Positions 28,436 through 37,003 of a stretch of 64,000 nucleotides of DNA are shown here, one piece after another (position 1 is the stretch's first letter; each line of letters starts with the position of its first letter). Position numbers and translations under genes: made by a program. Origin of the DNA: Nitrosopumilus sp. (GTDB taxonomy: Archaea; Thermoproteota; Nitrososphaeria; Nitrososphaerales; Nitrosopumilaceae). Under the pieces are notes generated by a model, which searched no databases, was not told the origin of the DNA, and worked only from the letters and a program-made list of their open reading frames with translations. The stretch is from assembly GCA_965207075.1 (NCBI GenBank), contig CBDBLO010000002.1, positions 480,001-544,000 of the forward strand, read 5' to 3'.

Positions 28436-29800
28436 ATGAAATACAGGACCGACCGGGACTCCCTTGGCGACGTGAAGGTACCCGCCGACGCGTACTACGG
28501 GGCCTTTACGGGCAGGGCCCTCAAGCAGTACTACGTCACGGGCCGGACGGCGCACGAGCACCTGATCAGCTCCTTTGTCATGATAAAGCGCGCAGCCGCG
28601 GCCGCAAACAAAAAGGCAGGGGCCATTGACGCCCACAGGGCGGACGCGATAATGTCCGCGTGCGACCTCATACTGGCGGGAAGGCACAGGGATCAGTTTG
28701 CAGTGGACATGATAAACTCCGGCGCCGGCACCGCGTTTAACATGAACGCCAACGAGGTGGTTGCAAACGTGGCCCTGCACAGCGTCCTCAAAAAGGGAAG
28801 GGGCCGGTACGAGCACCTGCACCCAAACGACCACGTCAACATGTCCCAGTCAAGCAACGACACGTATCCCACCGCGATGCACATGTCGATACTGATGAAC
28901 CTGAACGAGGCCGTGCCCGCGCTCAGGACGCTGGTAGGGTCCCTGAATGCAAAGGCGGCCGAGTTTGCGGGATTCAAGAAGGTGGGAAGGACGCACCTTA
29001 TGGACGCGCTGCCGGTCACGCTCGGCGGCGAGTTTGCGGCCCATGCGACTGCCCTGTCAAACGCGGTCGACGCGGCTGAGTCCACGAAGAGGGCCCTGCG
29101 CTTCGTGGCGCTCGGCGGCACCGCGGTAGGAACCGGCGCAAACACGCCAAGGGGGTACCGCTCGGCGGCGGTGGCGGAGCTTGCGAGGATATCCGGGCTC
29201 GGACTGAAGCCGGAGAGGGACATGCAGTACGGGCTTCAGAGCAGGGCGGCGGTGGCGGCAACGTCGGGAGCCCTGCGCAACCTGGCGCTCGAGCTGGGGC
29301 GCCTTGCAAACGACATCAGGCTGATGGCGTCCGGCCCCGTGGCGGGCCTCGCCGAGATAGGGATACCCGCAGTCCACGCCGGCTCTTCTATAATGCCCGG
29401 CAAGGTGAACCCCTCGCTTGCAGAATGCATGAACATGGTGTGCTTTGAGGTTATAGGAAACGACGCCACGGTCGCGTACGCCGCACACGCGGGACAGTTT
29501 GAGCTGAACGTGATGCTGCCCGTAATGCTCAACTCCGTACTAGAGTCGACTGACATGATAAAGAGATTCGTTCCGATATTTGCGGCGAACTTGATAGACG
29601 GGCTGGTGGCAAACGGGGAAAAGCTGCAGCAGTACATAGAGGAGAGCCCCGTTATAGTGACGCTGCTTGCCCCAAAGATAGGGTACCTGCGCGCGGCCGA
29701 TCTCTTCAAAAAGTCCATAAAGACCGGCAGGACCATAAGGGATCTCGCCGTGTCAGAGAACATTATAACAGAACGCGAGTTTGACGCGCTGCTCAAATAG
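28436..29800 (+). CDS. Class II fumarate hydratase / aspartate ammonia-lyase
   Basis: HPNDHVNMSQSSND, GRTHLMDA and GSSIMPGKVNP motifs. Confidence 0.93.
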   Translation: MKYRTDRDSLGDVKVPADAYYGAFTGRALKQYYVTGRTAHEHLISSFVMIKRAAAAANKKAGAIDAHRADAIMSACDLILAGRHRDQFAVDMINSGAGTAFNMNANEVVANVALHSVLKKGRGRYEHLHPNDHVNMSQSSNDTYPTAMHMSILMNLNEAVPALRTLVGSLNAKAAEFAGFKKVGRTHLMDALPVTLGGEFAAHATALSNAVDAAESTKRALRFVALGGTAVGTGANTPRGYRSAAVAELARISGLGLKPERDMQYGLQSRAAVAATSGALRNLALELGRLANDIRLMASGPVAGLAEIGIPAVHAGSSIMPGKVNPSLAECMNMVCFEVIGNDATVAYAAHAGQFELNVMLPVMLNSVLESTDMIKRFVPIFAANLIDGLVANGEKLQQYIEESPVIVTLLAPKIGYLRAADLFKKSIKTGRTIRDLAVSENIITEREFDALLK

Positions 29801-29963
29801 TGGCGGCGGCAAGAAGGGGACGATAACTGTTGGCCGCGGCACCACTACTGGCACGCAAAACTGCGATTACGGCACCATTGCCATTGCCATCTGCAACGGC
29901 TACGGAGGGGACGGGCGCTCGGCACCCCGGTTGTGCGGCGGCGCGGACCGGGAGGTGCCCGTG

Positions 29964-31265
29964 ATGGCGCGGATATTCGTAGAGGCGTACGGGTGTTCTG
30001 CAAGCTTCGCGGACTCTGAGATGATATCTGGAATCATACGCAACGGCGGGCACACCCTGGCCGAGGACCCGTCGCAGTCTGACCTGAACCTCATAGTGAC
30101 GTGCTCTGTAAAGGACGCCACCGCAAAGAGGATGCTCCACCGCATCAAGTCGCTTGGCGCGGCAGACGAGCCGCTGATAGTGGCAGGCTGCCTGCCAAAG
30201 GCCGAGCCGCGCACCGTGCAGAGGGCTGCAGGGGCGGCAAGCATGATGGGCCCCGGAGCCATAGGCCAGACGCTCCGCATAGTGCAGTCCGCGCTTGGCG
30301 GGATCAAAACTATCGACATGGCCGACAGGCAGGAGCCAAAGGTGGGGCTGCCAAAGGTCAGGCTCAACCCCGCCGTCGGTATAATAGAGATCGCAAGCGG
30401 GTGCATGAGCGAGTGCACGTTCTGCCAGACAAAGCTTGCAAAGGGCGGACTGACAAGCTACAGGCCGGGGCAGATAGTAAGGCAGGCCAGGAGCGAGGTC
30501 GCCGACGGCTGCAAGGAGATCTGGCTGACGTCCACCGACAACGGGTGCTACGGGCTTGACATTGGGACCGACCTGCCCGAGCTTGTCGATGCCGTATCGG
30601 GCGCCATACCGGACGGCTGCATGATAAGGGTCGGGATGATGAACCCCATGTACATGCCCCGAATCAGGGGCAGGCTGCTGGAGTCGCTCAAGTCAGACAA
30701 GGTCTTCAAATTCCTGCACGTGCCGGTGCAGAGCGGAAGCGACCGCGTGCTGCACGAGATGGCGAGGGGGCACACCGCCGACACGTTCCGCAGGGTCGTA
30801 GACGAGGCCCGCCGCACGTTTCCGGACATTACGATATCGACTGACGTGATCGTGGGATTCCCGTCGGAGACCGAGTCGGAGTTTGAGGACACCGCAAGGC
30901 TGCTCTGCCAGACCATGCCCGACATAGTAAACCTCTCCAAGTACAGCGCCCGCCCCGGAACGGACGCGGCCGAGAGGCCCGACCGCGTCGACCCGTCGGA
31001 GATAAAGCGGCGCAGCCGCGTCATGACCGGGCATGTCGCGAGGATCGCCGAGGAGTCGAACCGCAAGTGGATAGGATGGAGGGGACCCGTGCTGTTCGAC
31101 GAGCTGACAGAGTCCGGCATCAGGGGCAGGAACCGCGCATACAAGCCCATATACCTGGCGGACGGCGCCGGCAGTGGCGGACAGGAGCACCTGCTGGGAC
31201 AGTGGCGGACGGTACGGATCACCGGCTCTGGCAGAAACTACCTGTCAGGACTGATCGCAGCCTGA
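29964..31265 (+). CDS. tRNA t6A37 methylthiotransferase (archaeal e-MtaB/CDKAL1 type)
   Basis: EAYGC, TCSVK, VAGC, radical-SAM motif CMSECTFC, HVPVQSGS and a TRAM tail. Confidence 0.9.
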   Translation: MARIFVEAYGCSASFADSEMISGIIRNGGHTLAEDPSQSDLNLIVTCSVKDATAKRMLHRIKSLGAADEPLIVAGCLPKAEPRTVQRAAGAASMMGPGAIGQTLRIVQSALGGIKTIDMADRQEPKVGLPKVRLNPAVGIIEIASGCMSECTFCQTKLAKGGLTSYRPGQIVRQARSEVADGCKEIWLTSTDNGCYGLDIGTDLPELVDAVSGAIPDGCMIRVGMMNPMYMPRIRGRLLESLKSDKVFKFLHVPVQSGSDRVLHEMARGHTADTFRRVVDEARRTFPDITISTDVIVGFPSETESEFEDTARLLCQTMPDIVNLSKYSARPGTDAAERPDRVDPSEIKRRSRVMTGHVARIAEESNRKWIGWRGPVLFDELTESGIRGRNRAYKPIYLADGAGSGGQEHLLGQWRTVRITGSGRNYLSGLIAA

Positions 31266-31406
31266 TTGTGACCATGCCTGACCTCCGGCATGTCACGACT
31301 ACAGCATGCCGCATGCGGCGATCGCTTGTTAATTTTTTTCGATCAAAAGAACAGCTGGCGTCAAGTACTGCTCTTTTTTAACAAAGCGTACAGAACCACT
31401 TGAGAG

Positions 31407-32432
31407 ATGTCTCTTCAGATGCAGGATCCCATGCTAGTCGTTGGGATAGGCGGAGCAGGTTCGAAACTGGCAAGAAGGGCATCGGATATACTGGAATGCG
31501 ACAGTCTTTTGATAAGCAACGACAAGGGCGATCTCGAGCCGCCGGATGGCAGCACGCCGCAGGGCCGCCGCAGCATCCGTACGGTGGCAGTCGGTACCGG
31601 CGCCGTGATAAACCCGACAGTCGGCCTGGTACGGGCGGCCGCCTATGAGAAGATCGACGCGATAAGGGACGCCATATCAGGCCACCCGACTGTCATACTG
31701 ATGGGAAACCTGGCAGGAAAGTCGGGGTGCGCCATATGTCCGGCCGTATCAGAGGCGTGCGCCGCAGAAGATGCGAAACTCGTATCGTTTGCAGTCATGC
31801 CGTTCGGGCACGAAAAGTCAAGGCTCTTTCATGCAGGCGTGGCGCTCAGGCGGCTCAGGGAGACGTCGGCGTGCGTTACCGTGGTGGACAATGATTCGAT
31901 ATCGGAGAGCAATCCCGACCTGTCGCCAAGAGAGTGCTACGACGTGGCAGAGGCGGCAGTCATGTATGCGGTGGGCTTTGTAACCCGATCCGAGCTTGAA
32001 GAGGGGACGGAGAGCCTGCTTGCGGCGGGCCGGAACCGTGACAGTCTGGAGGAGTCGCTCCGGGACGCGCTCAAGACCGTGTATGGCAGCACGAGTCCGG
32101 GCGCCATAATGCACTCCGTGCTGTATGTGGCGGGAGGCGAGGACGTGCCTGCGGGGCTGCTGCGTTCAGTCGCGGCCATTACGGAGGGCGTGCTTGGGGG
32201 CGGCGGCGGCAACTCCGTCCAGGACGCGCAGGTATCAACTGCCGAGACGGCGTCCATACAGGCGGCCTCCTCTGACGAGTCAAGGGTGATTATGATGTCC
32301 ACCGTACAGGGAATGGCAAAGTTTGAAAGGTATGACCCGCTTGGGGCCATACCCGCCGACAAGACGCTTGACTGGTCCACCCCCGAATGCAGCATAGACT
32401 GCAAGATGTCCGGCATGTACCAGCTGGAGTGA
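31407..32432 (+). CDS. ftsZ: Thaumarchaeal FtsZ-like protein (divergent tubulin signature)
   Basis: VVGIGGAG, NLAGKSG in place of GGGTG, MPF.E and VVDND. Confidence 0.85.
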   Translation: MSLQMQDPMLVVGIGGAGSKLARRASDILECDSLLISNDKGDLEPPDGSTPQGRRSIRTVAVGTGAVINPTVGLVRAAAYEKIDAIRDAISGHPTVILMGNLAGKSGCAICPAVSEACAAEDAKLVSFAVMPFGHEKSRLFHAGVALRRLRETSACVTVVDNDSISESNPDLSPRECYDVAEAAVMYAVGFVTRSELEEGTESLLAAGRNRDSLEESLRDALKTVYGSTSPGAIMHSVLYVAGGEDVPAGLLRSVAAITEGVLGGGGGNSVQDAQVSTAETASIQAASSDESRVIMMSTVQGMAKFERYDPLGAIPADKTLDWSTPECSIDCKMSGMYQLE

Positions 32433-32492
32433 TCTTCTGCCAGCGCGGGCATCCGCTGGCCTTGCTCGGGTTTGAAGAACGATGCCAGCGGG

Positions 32493-32540
32493 GGCATGTT
32501 GTGGCCCTGCCCGGCATGTTGTGGCCCTGCCCGGCATGTT
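32493..32540. repeat. Intergenic 20-bp tandem repeat (GGCATGTTGTGGCCCTGCCC), about 2.4 copies
   Basis: Read directly. Confidence 0.9.
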
Positions 32541-32748
32541 CGTGGTTCCTGTATCCTTGGGGCATCCCCGGCGCGCCTGCCTGCAAGCGAGTGGTGGCTG
32601 CCGCCGCCTGCGGCGTCGATGTGATTTCGGCTCCTGCCACCACACGGTATGCAGGATGCCGCGTTCATTGCATTTGGCAGGCGGGTGTAGTTGTAGCGGT
32701 GCCTATGACGCAGCTGTGAATGCCGGAATATTCCGATGCTGGCAGAGG

Positions 32749-33558
32749 TTACTTTGCGGCGTCAGGATCATCCTTGCCTGTAGGCGGCTGGGACTCGCCG
32801 GCTGCCGACTGCTCAGAACCTGTATCCGAGGCGTCAGGGTTCCCGCCTGCTTTTTCAACGCCGGAATCCGTATCTTTTTGCGCAGGCGGGGCGGTGCCGG
32901 TGCTGCCGGCGTCACTAGGGCCATCGCCAGGTTCGGCTCTGGCCTCGGTGCCCGTCGCGTCGTCGAGCTTGCCTGCCTCATCGTCATCATTTGCCGGATC
33001 CGCGGCTTTTGCCTGCGGCCCGTCGCTTTTACCCTGCTCATCTGCATCAACATTCTCGGCGGGGGCGCTTGGTGTCTGCTCCGCATCGTCCAAGGTTCCT
33101 TCCCCAGTATTGGGTGCTTTGGTATCGGATGCGGAGTCACTGCCGCTGCCGCTGTCTCCTGTCACATCCGCCCCGGGTTCTGGAAGCGACGGCGCCTCTT
33201 TGGCAGGCCCCAGCGCGGCGGATCCTTCGAGGGCCGCCGTTGCCGCCGCGGCATCCTCCACTGCGGGCGCCTCTGATGCCGCCGGTTCCGGCTCTATAGG
33301 CCCGTCATATCTGGAGACTAGGATGTGCCCGATGTCCGTCCTGTGCATTCGCACCCTTATCCTTCTCGGCGGGCTCCTTGCGCCCCTTGACCACACTTGG
33401 CGGGCCAGATCCTCGTCAATCTTTACGTCCTGCGTCTTCATGTGGCGCCTGGCAAACTCCCGTATCATGTTGAGCGCGCGCACCGACCTGTGCTGCGGCT
33501 GTGACAGTAATACCTTACCCAAGTTTATCGTGTGGACGCGCTCGAGCTCTTCGGACAT
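32749..33558 (-). CDS. rpl31e: 50S ribosomal protein L31e with a long acidic low-complexity C-terminal extension
   Basis: ERVHTINL...RALNMIREFARRHMK...VWSRGARSPPRRIRV, followed by about 185 aa rich in A/D/E/G/P/S. Confidence 0.93.
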   Translation of the reverse strand: MSEELERVHTINLGKVLLSQPQHRSVRALNMIREFARRHMKTQDVKIDEDLARQVWSRGARSPPRRIRVRMHRTDIGHILVSRYDGPIEPEPAASEAPAVEDAAAATAALEGSAALGPAKEAPSLPEPGADVTGDSGSGSDSASDTKAPNTGEGTLDDAEQTPSAPAENVDADEQGKSDGPQAKAADPANDDDEAGKLDDATGTEARAEPGDGPSDAGSTGTAPPAQKDTDSGVEKAGGNPDASDTGSEQSAAGESQPPTGKDDPDAAK

Positions 33559-33562
33559 GTAC

Positions 33563-33721
33563 TCATCCCACCTCTACGTCAGTTGAGCGCCACTGCCTGC
33601 GCTTTGGATTGGTCCGGACGCCCCGCTTGGTCCTCAGTATTACCCACGCCGGCACGGGCGAGGTCTGCTTTGTCTTTTTAATCAGACGAATTTTGCGCGG
33701 CGTGGACTTTCGGGCGGCCAT
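33563..33721 (-). CDS. rpl39e: 50S ribosomal protein L39e (not in the ORF track)
   Basis: Manual translation MAARKSTPRKIRLIKKTKQTSPVPAWVILRTKRGVRTNPKRRQWRSTDVEVG. Confidence 0.95.
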   Translation of the reverse strand: MAARKSTPRKIRLIKKTKQTSPVPAWVILRTKRGVRTNPKRRQWRSTDVEVG

Positions 33722-34285
33722 GAGTCAGCAGGCACGCCGAGCTCTTTTTAAATGAATCTAAAACTGATGGCTCTTGGACGCGTGGAGATCGCAGTCGCGC
33801 CGCAATGCCGGGAGGACGTTCCTGTTTTTGCCAACCAGATTTCAAACTCGCGGATCATCACGCCTCCTCGCCTCCCGATGCCGTCCGGCGCGCGCCTCCC
33901 CGTGAGGCAGTACGCCGGCGCCCCCTCCCCCCAGGCCGGACAGAGCCTATCGCCTGATGGCAGAGCGCACCCGCCCCACAATCCGTCCGCGCCAGCCTGT
34001 CTGGGTTTCGTCACGTCTGAGGCCTGCATGCGGTCAGATGCCCCGCCCGTAACTCGATCCGCGGCCACTCGTCTGTCCCGTGGCATACTTTGCAGCGTGT
34101 CCCTCCGCGTCTCCGAGCCGCATGCATCCGTCACGGGGTTCTGGGCACGCACTGATCCTCCCCCCCACGCCCATGTGCGATTCCTAATTGAGACGGGGTT
34201 GGAGAATTGTGCCGTTTTTCCGCCCCCATCCTACCCTTCCTTCCCTGCCCAATCCAAATATTGGACGGCATGTGCGGAATTTGGG

Positions 34286-35209
34286 ATGTGGGAACGTGAC
34301 ACAGAGTTCATCAGGTGCCCGCGCTGCGGCGGAGGCCTGGAACATGACATGTTTGTGGAGGGCGATGAGATCCGGGAGGGAATCCTGTCCTGCACGGCAT
34401 GCCGGCTTGAGTTTCCAATCATCGATGGGATACCAATAGTCTGGGATGATATCGCTGAATATTTTGCGCGCCGCGCCGCGCTCGGCGGCCGCCTGTATCG
34501 CATTGTGCAGTCCCCAAAGATGAGGATGTTTGTAAAGAAGACGCTGTCGTCTGCCTCGGCATCGGCAAGGACGTCGGCGGCAAAGGGGGCAGCTGCCGCA
34601 TACGACAGGACCAATCTTGAGAACAGGTGGTCACAAATCTATCGCAGAAGCGGGGGTTCTGAATTTTATCACGTGATAAAGGAGAGGCTGGCGCGGCTGC
34701 CTTCTGGAAGACGCGCGCTGGAGCACGGCTGCTCGGTTGGAACAGTGTCCAACCATCTCGCGTCGCCAGACTCGGGCCCTGCATACGAGGCGGTTGTAGG
34801 AATCGACTCCTCGTATGACGCAATCGCGCAGGCAAAGGGCGCCGGAACGGGCGCCTGCTATGCGGTAGGCGACTCCACATCGTGCATAACGGGCGGGCTT
34901 CGGTTTGATCTGGTGGTGGCCCTGAACATGCTTGAGCTGATCGAGCCGCTTGAACTCATAAGGCACATGTCAGGCCAGACGCTGCCGGGGGCGTCCGTTG
35001 TAATGGCTGATCCGTATGACTTTGAGCGCGGTCCCGGTCCGGCGCCAAGGCGGGTTGACGAGCACTCCCTGCGTGCAGCCCTGACAGAGCACGGATTCGA
35101 GATATCAGCAGACACCGCAGAACCCTCGTACATACCGTGGAGGCTTGAGATCAACCCGCGCACGGTTCTAAACTACAAAGTCGATCTGGTGATCGGCGCA
35201 AGGACATGA
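34286..35209 (+). CDS. Trm112-like zinc-ribbon fused to a class I SAM methyltransferase
   Basis: CPRC...CTAC..FPIIDGIP, then LEHGCSVG, GIDSS and FDLVVALN. Start placed at ATG 34286. Confidence 0.85.
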   Translation: MWERDTEFIRCPRCGGGLEHDMFVEGDEIREGILSCTACRLEFPIIDGIPIVWDDIAEYFARRAALGGRLYRIVQSPKMRMFVKKTLSSASASARTSAAKGAAAAYDRTNLENRWSQIYRRSGGSEFYHVIKERLARLPSGRRALEHGCSVGTVSNHLASPDSGPAYEAVVGIDSSYDAIAQAKGAGTGACYAVGDSTSCITGGLRFDLVVALNMLELIEPLELIRHMSGQTLPGASVVMADPYDFERGPGPAPRRVDEHSLRAALTEHGFEISADTAEPSYIPWRLEINPRTVLNYKVDLVIGART

Positions 35210-35214
35210 TGCGT

Positions 35215-35250
35215 ATCATCATCATCATCATCATCATCATGACGATGATG
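35215..35250. repeat. (ATC)n microsatellite followed by a short complementary (GAT)n tract
   Basis: ATCATCATC...CATGACGATGATG. Confidence 0.9.
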
Positions 35251-35325
35251 TGCGGCGCACGCGCGCACTGCTGCCAGTTTCCCGGCCGGCATGCCGCCTT
35301 GCGGGCATTCGGGCGGGCGTGCACG

Positions 35326-35973
35326 TCACGCGCACGGCCCCGGCACTGCGAGCTCGTCGAGTATCTGCTTTAGGATTCGCGCGGACGCCCCCCACACCTT
35401 TCGCCCGCCCGTCACTGTGTGCTCAAACGTGTACATGTCGTGCATCGCGCCGTGCCCGGGATCGTCGTCGGACGCGACAGAGTCAAGCAGGGCCCCGAGC
35501 GGAATACTTAGTATCTCGGCAACCTCGGAGTTTGGCTTCAGCGCGGGCGCGCCGTCCAGTACAGCCAGATACGGCGCGATTACAAACCCCGAGCTGAGCG
35601 TGGACACCGGACTGAGCCCCCCCACCACGTGCTTGGAGTCTATGCGCAGCCCCACCTCCTCAAAGGTCTCGCGCAGTGCCGTATGCAGCAGGCTCTCGTC
35701 CCCCTCCTCCGCCTTTCCCCCCGGAAACGCAATCTCGCCGGCGTGCTGGGGGAGGCACGCGGACTTGACGGTCATTACTACTGTCGGCCTTTCACGCGGA
35801 CCGTGCACTATGACCATGACGGCGGCGCGTCGGCCCCCCATGCCACAGGCGGCAGGGGCATCATAATCGCGAGGGCCGTTCGTGCCAGGGCCGCCCGCCC
35901 GCCCGGAGCATCCGGACAGGGCCGAGCGCACCTTGTCAAGTGTCAGCGTGTCGTCCAGCAATCCCACATTCAA
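35326..35973 (-). CDS. Nudix hydrolase, CoA-pyrophosphatase type
   Basis: HAGEIAFPGG, Nudix box TALRETFEEVGL and VWGASA. Confidence 0.9.
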   Translation of the reverse strand: MNVGLLDDTLTLDKVRSALSGCSGRAGGPGTNGPRDYDAPAACGMGGRRAAVMVIVHGPRERPTVVMTVKSACLPQHAGEIAFPGGKAEEGDESLLHTALRETFEEVGLRIDSKHVVGGLSPVSTLSSGFVIAPYLAVLDGAPALKPNSEVAEILSIPLGALLDSVASDDDPGHGAMHDMYTFEHTVTGGRKVWGASARILKQILDELAVPGPCA

Positions 35974-36008
35974 GGATATTAACGGGGAATAAAAGAGTCA
36001 TACTGAAA

Positions 36009-36749
36009 ATGGGAACCATCAGATACGAGTTCAACCCGCCAAAGGTGTCGCCCGGCATGGATGAGGCTGGCGCAACCGCAAGGAGCATGGAGCGCCTGCT
36101 TGCAATAGCGCCAAAGTGCAACTCGATACACGTCACAGAGAACGTGCTTGGAAACGAGCGCGTCTCGCCCATTGTAATCGGCAGGAACATCAAACGGGTA
36201 CTGCCGGACATGCCCATAACAGTCAGTCTCAGGGTAAGGGACAAGACCGGATCCGAGATTGACGCGTTCGTATCCCGGTGCATTGACTCCGGATTCGAAG
36301 GGATACTGGTTCTGATGGGCGACCCGTCCCGCAACGGTCGTCCAGACACGGGCCAAAAGTCCAGCGCCGTCGCAAAAAGGCTCAGAGAATCCGTGACAAG
36401 CTCCAAGATCGACCTGTACATGTCGGTCTCAGACGGGCTGAGCGCGTCGCAGATGCAACAGAAGATACTGGCGCGCCCCGTCGGCTTTTTCACGCAGGTG
36501 GTGCACAACGTGCAACAGGTAAGAAGCATGGTATCGCGGCTTGACGGGTTCAGGGTCGTGCCGGTGCTGCTACACCCGTCGCCAAAGAACCAAAAGTCGG
36601 CCGAGTTCCTAAACCTGGACCTAGGCTCCTATTCTGAAAAGTTCGAGGAGTTCGTAAGGGGCGTGCACCGCATAACTGGCGATCTGCTGATCACGTCACC
36701 AAACGACTTTGCGGCCGCGTACGAGTTCCTTGACGGACTGGACATCTGA
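36009..36749 (+). CDS. metF: Methylenetetrahydrofolate reductase-like protein
   Basis: YEFNPPK, IHVTE, LVLMGD and FFTQ motifs; adjacent to metH. Confidence 0.8.
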   Translation: MGTIRYEFNPPKVSPGMDEAGATARSMERLLAIAPKCNSIHVTENVLGNERVSPIVIGRNIKRVLPDMPITVSLRVRDKTGSEIDAFVSRCIDSGFEGILVLMGDPSRNGRPDTGQKSSAVAKRLRESVTSSKIDLYMSVSDGLSASQMQQKILARPVGFFTQVVHNVQQVRSMVSRLDGFRVVPVLLHPSPKNQKSAEFLNLDLGSYSEKFEEFVRGVHRITGDLLITSPNDFAAAYEFLDGLDI

Positions 36750-37003
36750 AGCCCCGTACATGCAGATGACGACAGTGGTTGCGGCGACGGTGGTTATGAC
36801 ATGATTATGGCAATGAACCGTGCAATGCGGAATACTCGTTAGGAACCTGCAGGCTGCGCCGCGGACACCTTGCATGGCACGTCCGTACAGAACCGACAGG
36901 ATTGCGCGGGCCGCCCGCGAGACCCGGTGCCTCAGACGGCAAGACGGCGGCGGTGACGACGACATGTTGAAAGCAGCACGCGGCATGATGCCCCGCGCTA
37001 GCG

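Noticed and set aside
31407-32432. FtsZ lacking the GGGTG(S/T)G signature
   Set aside because: This is a known property of thaumarchaeal FtsZ homologs, which divide using the Cdv system.
33752-34285. Long N-terminal extension of the methyltransferase ORF
   Set aside because: It is a Pro/Arg/Ala-rich open frame typical of GC-rich non-coding DNA. The recognisable Trm112-like domain starts at 34286.
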